A program made the position numbers and the translations under genes. From Candidatus Latescibacterota bacterium (GTDB lineage Bacteria > Latescibacterota > UBA2968 > UBA8231): 64,000 nt of DNA. Shown piece after piece: positions 56,263 through 64,000 of this stretch. The notes below the pieces were generated by a model. That model was given only the letters and a program-made list of their open reading frames with translations, did no database searches and was not told where the DNA came from. The DNA is taken from positions 6,976,001 to 7,040,000 of the forward strand of contig OZ244561.1 of assembly GCA_965217585.1 (NCBI GenBank), given 5' to 3'. The stretch's first letter is position 1. Every line of letters begins with the position of its first letter.

Positions 56263-58308
56263 ATGATGCGATCTGCATGCAGCACCCTCGCCTTTGCCTG
56301 GGTGCTGCTTTTCTTTTTGGTCTTTGCCGCAGCAACGGCGACAGCCTGGGAGCAAAGGTCGTGGAGTCGGACAATCCACTATCACAGCACCTTCGAAGCG
56401 GATGCGGAAGGAGAAGGCCTCGTCCGGATCACCGCGGTGGACAGTTACCAGCTCTTTTTCAACGGCACCCCGATCGGTTCCGACGACGACTGGACGACCG
56501 TGGAGGCCTACCCGGTGCAGGTCAAGAGAGCGAACGAAATCCTGGTAGCTGTGACCCACAGCGGGACCGTGGACGGGAGCGGGCTCATCGTCGAGGTAGA
56601 GGTAGGCAATTTCAGGAGTTTCACGCGCCCGGGCAACCAGACGGATGCGTGGAGATGGTCGAGCGACGATCCAGAGGAGGTGGACTGGGATAAGGCACCT
56701 CTGGTCCAGAACGGCATCCTGGATATGAGAAAAATCCGGGATTTAGGCAACCTGAACCTCCTGGCCCTACCTGTGGCCGGCTTCCCCGGCGAGGTGGCGC
56801 TGGGAGACCCGCAGGAGGGGATCGTTCTGAGTCGGATCCGCGGCCGGAATCTGGCCCTGGACAAGCCCTCCAACCACACCGAAGCCAACGATGGCGTGCT
56901 CACCAGCCTCTGGAATGCCGGGGTGAACAGCCTCAACAAGTTTGTCAGCATCGACCTGCGGGACATCCGGCGGGTCAGCAGCGTGCGGGTGATTACCGGA
57001 GCGCCTAGGGGGAAAGAGACCTACCAGAACAACGCGCTCCGGGGCTATTCAATACAGGTGAGCGATGACCAGTTCCGCTGGTCAGAGGTAGGGGTGCTCC
57101 ACAACATCACCGACTACGAGGAGACCACCCTCCAGTTCCAGCCGGTCCTGACCCGCTACGTCCGGCTTGTCATCGCCGAGATCGACGGCATCAGCGCCCC
57201 GAAGGTGGCCGAAATCGAGGCCTACGGTCAGGGCTACAGTCCCAGAGGGATGTTTGTCTCTGATCCGCTGGATCTGGGGCAGGACGGGCCCAAGAACATC
57301 GGACAGATCACCTGGGAGGCAGAGATCCCTGAAAAGACGGCGCTCACTCTGCAGTTCCGGACCAGCGATGACGGGTCCACGTGGAGCGCGTGGACCCGGG
57401 AGTACGACGCGAGCGGCATCTTGATCGAAGCGCCGGAGCCGGCCCGCTTCCTCCAGTACCGCGTGCATCTCTCCACCCGGCAAGAAGAGATCACCCCTCG
57501 ATTCCGCGGGATTACAGTGGACTTTTCCACAGACGATATCCCCGCTGCAGCGGCCCGGGGCTACATCTCCCCGACCGCGGTAGAGATGGGAAAGGAGACG
57601 GCGTTTACCTATGCGCTCGATCTGGACATTGCTCCCCAGAACACCGGGGTGGAGCGGGTGATTCTCCAGGTCCCAGGGCCGGCGGTTCTGGACGAGACCA
57701 CGCCTGTGGAGGGGGCGGGCGGCTCTGCGGTGAATCTGGACCAGGTGGCCATGACCTCCAGAGGATGGGAGATCCCCTTTGATCCACCCCTCGAACAGGA
57801 TGCGCAACTGATTCTCCACTTCCGCACCACTCAGTACGCTATCTCTCACGAATTCCGGACGCACCTCCTCGGCCCTGACTCGGACAACCCCTTGAACGTG
57901 GTGGAGAACACCGAGGGCGGGGCCTCCTGGCGGACCACGGCGGCCCAGGTGCTGGACGAGGTCCTCCTGGAGGTGGGCGCTTCCCCTCCTGTGTTCACCC
58001 CCAATGGGGATAGTCGCAACGACTTTACGATCATCGAGTTCACCCTGGCCAAGGTGGCAGATGTACAGGTCGCCATCGCCATCTTCAGACTGGACGGGTC
58101 CCTGGTCAGGACCCTGCATGCGGAACGTCTCTCAGCAGGAAGCTATACCCGCTTCTCGAATGCCTCCCAGCCGGCTGGGAGTCCAGGTTATTGGGAGGGG
58201 AGGGATGAGCATAGGAACTTCGTGCCTCCGGGGATCTATATCTATCAGGTGAAAGTGCGGTCCGACGAGAAGAGGCAGCGCATAGGGAGTGTAGGGGTCG
58301 TCTATTAG
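56263..58308 (+). CDS. Secreted discoidin/Ig/FlgD-tail protein (divergent subtype)
   Basis: Signal peptide ATA-W; F5/8C-like NLALDKP..NDG..W..IDL..YSIQVSDD..W; VFTPNGDSRND; ends VGVVY. Confidence 0.85.
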   Translation: MMRSACSTLAFAWVLLFFLVFAAATATAWEQRSWSRTIHYHSTFEADAEGEGLVRITAVDSYQLFFNGTPIGSDDDWTTVEAYPVQVKRANEILVAVTHSGTVDGSGLIVEVEVGNFRSFTRPGNQTDAWRWSSDDPEEVDWDKAPLVQNGILDMRKIRDLGNLNLLALPVAGFPGEVALGDPQEGIVLSRIRGRNLALDKPSNHTEANDGVLTSLWNAGVNSLNKFVSIDLRDIRRVSSVRVITGAPRGKETYQNNALRGYSIQVSDDQFRWSEVGVLHNITDYEETTLQFQPVLTRYVRLVIAEIDGISAPKVAEIEAYGQGYSPRGMFVSDPLDLGQDGPKNIGQITWEAEIPEKTALTLQFRTSDDGSTWSAWTREYDASGILIEAPEPARFLQYRVHLSTRQEEITPRFRGITVDFSTDDIPAAAARGYISPTAVEMGKETAFTYALDLDIAPQNTGVERVILQVPGPAVLDETTPVEGAGGSAVNLDQVAMTSRGWEIPFDPPLEQDAQLILHFRTTQYAISHEFRTHLLGPDSDNPLNVVENTEGGASWRTTAAQVLDEVLLEVGASPPVFTPNGDSRNDFTIIEFTLAKVADVQVAIAIFRLDGSLVRTLHAERLSAGSYTRFSNASQPAGSPGYWEGRDEHRNFVPPGIYIYQVKVRSDEKRQRIGSVGVVY

Positions 58309-58309
58309 G

Positions 58310-61063
58310 ATGTCCGTCTTGCTGGAAACTGCACAGTGGATCGCGAGGAAATCTGGAAGTTCGAAAAACCCCGGGTTATTACCTAGGACTATGGGGGCGA
58401 ACGCGGTAAAACTGAGACGGCCCTGGATCGCTGTGGTCTGCCTCATTCTGGCCTTTGCCCCGGCAGCTTTCGGCCAGTTTATTTCCCGGGACTACTATCC
58501 GCTCTGGGGGGAGGACTACGAGAACTACGGCTCCATAGGGTACCGGGATGCCCTGCAGCCGATCATGGCCGCGGGGGGCCGGCCAGGGGCGGCGTCATGG
58601 GTGCGGCCGGCTTGGGTGAGAGGCTTCGGCGTGGAGCTGGAGCGGCGCCAGTACGATCCCTTCGGCCATTACTTAGTGGATGGGCTGGATATCTTCCGCC
58701 TCGAGGAGTTCCGCACCATCGCCCCCAATAAAGGGAGCATTGTTTTCAAGAGCGCACTCTACGCGAATATCTTCCAGAACCTGGTCATTGCCAGCGACCA
58801 GGTCTCGGGGTTGGCCAGTCGGATCATCATCGGCGACGCAATCCGGACCAAGTTCACTCCCCTGACCCTGGATCTGACCCGCCTGAACGGGGTGCGGTGG
58901 GATGCGGCGACCCGCAAAAACCGCTTCACCGTTTTAGGCTCCCGAATTTCCAACCCGGGCAGAATAGGGTTTGAGGATGCCCGGGAGTTTGCGACCTACC
59001 TGTACGGCGGGCGCTGGGAGAATACGCTCGGAGATATCCTCACCTTGGGGATCTCGTACGTCACCCTGTTCCGCACCGACACCCTGCTACGCGGCAATCA
59101 CATCCAGCGCGGCGTGGTGCCCACCGATCTGGGAGGGGTGCAGGATCTCTATGTCATTTTCAGCGATGATTCTCCAGAGGACGGCGCGGGTGCCGAGGTC
59201 CACCAGATGGAGATCTACATCAATGGGGAGAAGGCCGCTATCCAGCCCGAGATCGCGCTCTTGCCCCAGGTGGACATGTCCATCAAGTTCTCTCCGAATG
59301 TCCAGGATAAGAGACCGCTCCCCCCAGAGTATCTCTCCTACTTTAGAGCCGATGGTCCGTGGCTCCGCCAGGTCATCAACTACAACACGTCCGTAGCTCC
59401 CCTCAGGCGGCTCCAGCAACTGCTGGACAAAAACGGCGTTTTGGTCTTCTTCAATGGGGGTAGACCCCTTGAGGCCAACGCTACAGATGTGCTGGTCTTC
59501 AAGTACGCCATTCCTTCCGCGGCCCGCTCTGTCCGCTTCCGTGCCCTGGTGGCCAACGATTACTCGATCGATGTGGGAACCACGCTGAAAAACTGGGACG
59601 ACTGGCACAATGTGAAGCGGGCCCGGAACCAGGAGAGAAGCCGCTCAAACCTGGGATGGGTGAGCTTCGAATACGGCTTCCCCTCGGGCCTGGTGACCTA
59701 TGGCATGGATGTCGATCTGCGCGTTCTCGGTGCCCACATCCGGGCGGAGGTCGACGACAACATCAGCTATTACGCCTATCCGGGCACCGGCGGGGACCGA
59801 CAGCGCCGCCAGGTCCGCCCCTATTTCATCCATTTCTTCCGCCCTTTTGACCGTCTGGACGTGGGGGCCGAAGTCTTCGATATGCCGGCCTCCTACACCA
59901 CCTCCTTTCCGACCATCGAGCCGCTCGCGGCCGCGCAACCCGTGGGCTTCACCTCGCTGGTCGAGGACAACGACGACCGCGATGAGTGGGCCGACGCCGT
60001 AGATCAGGATGGGGTCTTCCCCGGACTGGACGAAGACAGGGACGGAGTCATCGACACAAACGTCAATCGCAATGGGAGCCCGGACTACCTGGAGCCATTC
60101 CTGATGTATTATGTAGATCCGGACGATTTTGTCTACGGCGATGACTTCAACAACAACGGCGTTGTAGACGCCCGCGAGGACGACAACCGGCCGGACTACC
60201 CCTACAACCTGGACCGACGGGGACTCCATCTATTCTCCAATCTGTGGCTCGCGCCCAACCTCAGGAATACCATCGGCAGGTACCAGGTGCGGCGGCCCGC
60301 AGGCGGTGGTCGCAACCGGGTAATCTACGACGAGTTGGCCTACACCGCGGCCTGGCAGGACCTGGGAGAACTGAAGTTCAACTACCTGCTCAAACGGGTG
60401 CGCGACGACATCCCGGACGATGTGCGGGGCGGCTTTCTCACCACCACCGGCTTCGTCTCCGAGGGTGCCATCCGTCCGGACCTCCGCGCCCTGCGCAACA
60501 GCCTGGTCCACCTCCTCTACTTAGAGACACAGTATACCGGCATCCCCGGCCTGAATGTGGTGAACAAGCTGCGCTACGAGATCAATGACCAGCGCGCAGA
60601 CGAATTTGCCGACGGGACCTTTCAGGAGAAGGCCCGGCAGCGGGACTGGGCCGTGGTGTCCAGGGCCGACTATAGCTGGAGGCGGGGAGATCTCACCCTC
60701 ACCCCCATGGTGAAACTGCGGCTTCAGAAGAAGATCCGGCCCTCATCCGGCCGCGACCCGTTTCTCTACACCCGCCATCTGATCCCCATCCTGCGGCTGG
60801 ACTATGCCTTCGGCCGCACCACGGTCCTGCGGGTGGGGTTCCAGGGGTTTCCGTTGAAGGAACAGTTCCGCAACAAAGCCTGGCCCTTCAACCGCTACGA
60901 CGCCACCGGCCAGGTCGTGGCGTTCCAGAACAGGGGAAACTACTCCGGATTCGATCTGAGTCTGAACATGGGGTGGGTGCGCACGCAGCGGGAGTTCAGG
61001 AGCGAGCACAGCAGCCGGTCGGGCTCCAACAGCGAGTTGTTCATCCAGGTGTTCATGGAATAA
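58310..61063 (+). CDS. Large putative outer-membrane beta-rich protein with Asp/Asn-rich insert (subtype II)
   Basis: IGDAIRTKFTP, SDDSPEDG, VANDY, EDNDDRD..FPGLDED.D..PDYLEPFL..GDDFNNNG..PDYPY; ends ELFIQVFME. True start may be further downstream (e.g. 58391). Confidence 0.85.
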   Translation: MSVLLETAQWIARKSGSSKNPGLLPRTMGANAVKLRRPWIAVVCLILAFAPAAFGQFISRDYYPLWGEDYENYGSIGYRDALQPIMAAGGRPGAASWVRPAWVRGFGVELERRQYDPFGHYLVDGLDIFRLEEFRTIAPNKGSIVFKSALYANIFQNLVIASDQVSGLASRIIIGDAIRTKFTPLTLDLTRLNGVRWDAATRKNRFTVLGSRISNPGRIGFEDAREFATYLYGGRWENTLGDILTLGISYVTLFRTDTLLRGNHIQRGVVPTDLGGVQDLYVIFSDDSPEDGAGAEVHQMEIYINGEKAAIQPEIALLPQVDMSIKFSPNVQDKRPLPPEYLSYFRADGPWLRQVINYNTSVAPLRRLQQLLDKNGVLVFFNGGRPLEANATDVLVFKYAIPSAARSVRFRALVANDYSIDVGTTLKNWDDWHNVKRARNQERSRSNLGWVSFEYGFPSGLVTYGMDVDLRVLGAHIRAEVDDNISYYAYPGTGGDRQRRQVRPYFIHFFRPFDRLDVGAEVFDMPASYTTSFPTIEPLAAAQPVGFTSLVEDNDDRDEWADAVDQDGVFPGLDEDRDGVIDTNVNRNGSPDYLEPFLMYYVDPDDFVYGDDFNNNGVVDAREDDNRPDYPYNLDRRGLHLFSNLWLAPNLRNTIGRYQVRRPAGGGRNRVIYDELAYTAAWQDLGELKFNYLLKRVRDDIPDDVRGGFLTTTGFVSEGAIRPDLRALRNSLVHLLYLETQYTGIPGLNVVNKLRYEINDQRADEFADGTFQEKARQRDWAVVSRADYSWRRGDLTLTPMVKLRLQKKIRPSSGRDPFLYTRHLIPILRLDYAFGRTTVLRVGFQGFPLKEQFRNKAWPFNRYDATGQVVAFQNRGNYSGFDLSLNMGWVRTQREFRSEHSSRSGSNSELFIQVFME

Positions 61064-61067
61064 AGCG

Positions 61068-63860
61068 ATGGGTACAAAGACGTTTGTCATATCCCTGCTC
61101 GTTCTGAGCGGCATCGCGGCCGGCGGGGACCGGGCCGCGGCCCAGCTTCTGTCCCGGCCCTTGCCGGAGTATTCCAACTACGCCATCGAGGGCTACAGGC
61201 GGATGGGTCGGGAGGCCCACGAACGGCTCACCAACCTGATTTACGACGAGTTCGGGAACCTGCTCATGGACGGAACGGAGATTTACCGGCTGTCCCAGGC
61301 CCACCCTGCCTTCGACGATCCGAGGACGGGCTATAGAGAGGCCGGCAGTGTCTTCCGCAAGGGCGTTCTCTACCACGACTATATGGCCCGGCTGATGGTG
61401 TCCCAGGACACCTACGCCGGCCCCCAGCAGCGGCTGATCATCGGCGACCGGGTCCGGACCCGCTTTACCTCCCTGACCATGGACCTGGCCACCCTCAACG
61501 GGATCCGGTGGGATACGGATCTGCCCCGCCACCAGTTCACCCTAATCGCTTCCCGCGTCGACCGGCCGATCTTCGGTCTGGAGGCGATCTTCGACTATGA
61601 GCCGGCTTACACTGAGCCCATTACCCGGGGGCTGTCCGATCTGGTTCTGACCACTTACCTTTTGGGAGGGCACTGGCACACCCGGGTGGGGATCTTCGAC
61701 CTGGGTGCCACCTATGTCAACCAATTCCGCGTGGATACTCAGGTGGGCTTGCGGCACAACAGCTTCAAAGGGGCCTTGCCGATACGCGAGCCCGGGGGCC
61801 TGGCGCCGGCTGTGCGGCCGTCGTCCATCGAGTACCTGGTGGTCAAGTTCGCCGATGGGACAGACAAGGACGGCGAGGGAGCCCGGGTGTTCGACGTGCG
61901 CATCTTTATCAACGGGGTGCAGCGGGACGACATCCGGCCGCGCATCACCCGGCACGATACAGAGCTCATCAACACCACCTACCCCAACAGGGACCGGTTC
62001 TTCCCCCCAAACCGCTCCATCCCTCCCTACGTGGAGTTGCTCAAAGGGTTCCTGCCCGAGGAGACGGTTCCGTCCGCGGGCTTTCTGGAGGCCAGCCGCA
62101 CCGAGTACCTCCTCTACTGGTTCGAGATGCCCTCTGAGGGCGTCCGGGAAGTCTCCTTCGAGGCGCTGGTAGCCAACGACTACGACATCAGCCTGGCCGA
62201 AGTTTACACCGCCAATCCGCTCGCCTCGCAAAACCAGCCTGAGAGCAGAAACCGCGCCACCTATTTCTACCGGGTGCAGGGGTCGAAGGGTCGCGTTGCC
62301 GACCTGTCCAATCTGCGCTGGGTGCGGTTCAACTACGGCCGCCAGACCGGCGCCAGCGTGGCAGGGCTCAACCTCTCCACCGAGGTACTCGGTTTTCAAC
62401 TGCAGATGGAGTACGCTGGCAACTTTAACTACTGGCAGTACCCCAACTTTGGGGGCAAATACCACGACAGGCGGGCGAGCGCGTATTATGTCAATGTAAA
62501 GAAGAGTTTCCAGGACTTCTCCCTCGGCGGGGAGTATTTCAACATTTCGCCTTACTACACCACCAGGTTGTCCATCCAGAGCGGGCAATTCAACGAATAC
62601 ACCGGACCTTATTTTGGGGAGATCGGCGGCAGCTTTGAGGTCAACTACAACAACACGCTTGAAGTGGATCTGGTGGATGACAACGACGATCGGGATCCCT
62701 TCCCCGATACCCACTTCCTCCCCTCTAAGGGAGACAATAACGGGATCTTTCCCGGCCTGGATGAGGACCAGGACGGCCGGTCCGATACCAATCAGAACAA
62801 CAACAGCCTGCCCGACTATTTCGAGCCCTTCCTGCTCTACGAAGTGGACCCCGACGACTTTGCCTACGGCGATGACATGAACAACAACGGGGTCATCGAC
62901 GTGCGCGAGAACGACGACAAGCCCGACTACCCCTACGATCAGGACTTGCAGGGGTTTCACCTGTTCGGAGGGTTAAATCTGGGGAGGGGATTGACCCTGA
63001 CCCTGGGCCATCTGGACACCCGCCAGATCATCGGCGGTGGCCGCAACCGCGCCACCTATGGGAAGCTGGACTACGTCAGAGACCTCCCTCTTCTGGGCGA
63101 GATCCGTCTGATCGATTTCCTCAAGGGGGTGCGGGACGACATCCAGAACGACGTTTTCCGCTACGGTTTTAACCACACCTTCGGCCCCCTGGGCCCCATC
63201 ATCCCCGTGGGCACCTTCGGGGTGAATCCGGAGGATGTGGTGGGCATTGGAGTGACGGAGTTCGAGGATCCGCGCCGCCTGCGGAACAGCCTGGTCAACA
63301 CCTTCTTTCTCGAGGGGCGGTTGAAGCAGTTACAGAATTTCAACCTCAGATCGAACCTGAAATACGAGGTCAACTTTCAGCGAGAAACCTCCTTCCAGGA
63401 GGACAACAGGATAGGGGTATGGACCTCGGTGGTGGCCGCCGATTACAGGTGGGAGATAAGGGGGTTGAGCATCCGGCCGCAAATGAAGTACATGGTCCAG
63501 CGGCGGAGCGATCAGAAAGAAGTGATGCAGCCCATCTTCGAGACCTTCTTCTACCCGATCCTGAGACTGGACTACAAGCTGACTCCTCAGTCCGTGCTCA
63601 AAGCAGGCGTGCAGGGATTGCCGCCAATTCCCAGCGTCTTCCACGACCTGCACAACGACTCTAGGGATTACCAGTCTGAGGACTATCTCGTCATGCTCTC
63701 CAACACCTCTGTGTACAGCGGCTACGGCCTGAGCTTCAACATGGGGTACCAGCTCAGGAAGCTACAGATGGAGGATAGAAGCCGCAAGGTAGAGGACATC
63801 GACTATTCCCTCTTCTTCATCCGGCTGATCGCCGGCCTGAGACTGTCGGAGGCGCGCTGA
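61068..63860 (+). CDS. Large putative outer-membrane beta-rich protein with Asp/Asn-rich insert (subtype II, tandem)
   Basis: Signal peptide AAA-Q; same motif series; ends FFIRLIAGLRLSEAR. Confidence 0.85.
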   Translation: MGTKTFVISLLVLSGIAAGGDRAAAQLLSRPLPEYSNYAIEGYRRMGREAHERLTNLIYDEFGNLLMDGTEIYRLSQAHPAFDDPRTGYREAGSVFRKGVLYHDYMARLMVSQDTYAGPQQRLIIGDRVRTRFTSLTMDLATLNGIRWDTDLPRHQFTLIASRVDRPIFGLEAIFDYEPAYTEPITRGLSDLVLTTYLLGGHWHTRVGIFDLGATYVNQFRVDTQVGLRHNSFKGALPIREPGGLAPAVRPSSIEYLVVKFADGTDKDGEGARVFDVRIFINGVQRDDIRPRITRHDTELINTTYPNRDRFFPPNRSIPPYVELLKGFLPEETVPSAGFLEASRTEYLLYWFEMPSEGVREVSFEALVANDYDISLAEVYTANPLASQNQPESRNRATYFYRVQGSKGRVADLSNLRWVRFNYGRQTGASVAGLNLSTEVLGFQLQMEYAGNFNYWQYPNFGGKYHDRRASAYYVNVKKSFQDFSLGGEYFNISPYYTTRLSIQSGQFNEYTGPYFGEIGGSFEVNYNNTLEVDLVDDNDDRDPFPDTHFLPSKGDNNGIFPGLDEDQDGRSDTNQNNNSLPDYFEPFLLYEVDPDDFAYGDDMNNNGVIDVRENDDKPDYPYDQDLQGFHLFGGLNLGRGLTLTLGHLDTRQIIGGGRNRATYGKLDYVRDLPLLGEIRLIDFLKGVRDDIQNDVFRYGFNHTFGPLGPIIPVGTFGVNPEDVVGIGVTEFEDPRRLRNSLVNTFFLEGRLKQLQNFNLRSNLKYEVNFQRETSFQEDNRIGVWTSVVAADYRWEIRGLSIRPQMKYMVQRRSDQKEVMQPIFETFFYPILRLDYKLTPQSVLKAGVQGLPPIPSVFHDLHNDSRDYQSEDYLVMLSNTSVYSGYGLSFNMGYQLRKLQMEDRSRKVEDIDYSLFFIRLIAGLRLSEAR

Positions 63861-64000
63861 TGAGAGATCGTCTCATTCCCCTCCTGTTGCTCGTCGCCTG
63901 CTGTCTCGGGGTCTGCCCCCGGGCTTGGGCCCAGGAGGAGATCTGGACGAGAAAGCGCCAGGAGAAGGAGGTCCCATCGGTGCCGGCGATCGTGTCCCAT
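63860..64000 (+). CDS. Secreted protein, 3'-partial (not in the ORF track)
   Basis: TGATG coupling with the upstream stop; MRDRLIPLLLLVACCLGVCPRAWA-QEE.. signal peptide; frame open to the window end. Confidence 0.75.
   Translation, partial: MRDRLIPLLLLVACCLGVCPRAWAQEEIWTRKRQEKEVPSVPAIVSH

Noticed and set aside
1-64000. Flagellar hook-cap (flgD) or SusC/SusD annotation of the repeated families
   Set aside because: Only the generic FlgD-Ig tail is present, there are no flagellar genes, and no TonB-box/plug or SusD motifs were recognised.

Overview
GC-rich bacterial DNA whose gene content (FlgD-Ig-tailed secreted proteins, TW[GA]RIK-tailed proteins, DUF6785-like membrane proteins, CRTAC1/ASPIC, sulfatase) suggests Candidatus Latescibacterota or a related FCB-group lineage (inference). 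The window is dominated by repeated, diverged copies of one uncharacterised envelope gene set, in cluster A (about 21974 to 2998, minus), cluster B (about 43699 to 29507, minus), cluster C (54133 to beyond 64000, plus) and a partial copy at 1-2930. The set comprises 8 secreted discoidin/Ig/FlgD proteins that all end in Tyr, 4 proteins of about 900 aa with beta-rich C-termini and an Asp/Asn-rich Ca-binding-like insert, 3 CBM9/DOMON-like proteins with a TAVxxx[TS]W[GA]RIK tail, 3 intact polytopic DUF6785-like membrane proteins and lipoproteins. Subtype order is conserved between clusters A and B, suggesting a multi-subunit envelope uptake or display system. Also present: a complete IS3-like element with an unusually long 14-bp target duplication, a deleted IS next to a truncated NCS2 permease, a 515-bp near-identical duplication, several gene-fragment relics, and catabolic/accessory genes (MBL hydrolase, amidase plus small partner, aldo-keto reductase, creatininase, RidA-like, TlpA, PpiC, tandem LivJ-like binding proteins). 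No rRNA, tRNA or CRISPR array was seen. Family names come from motif recall, not from database searches.
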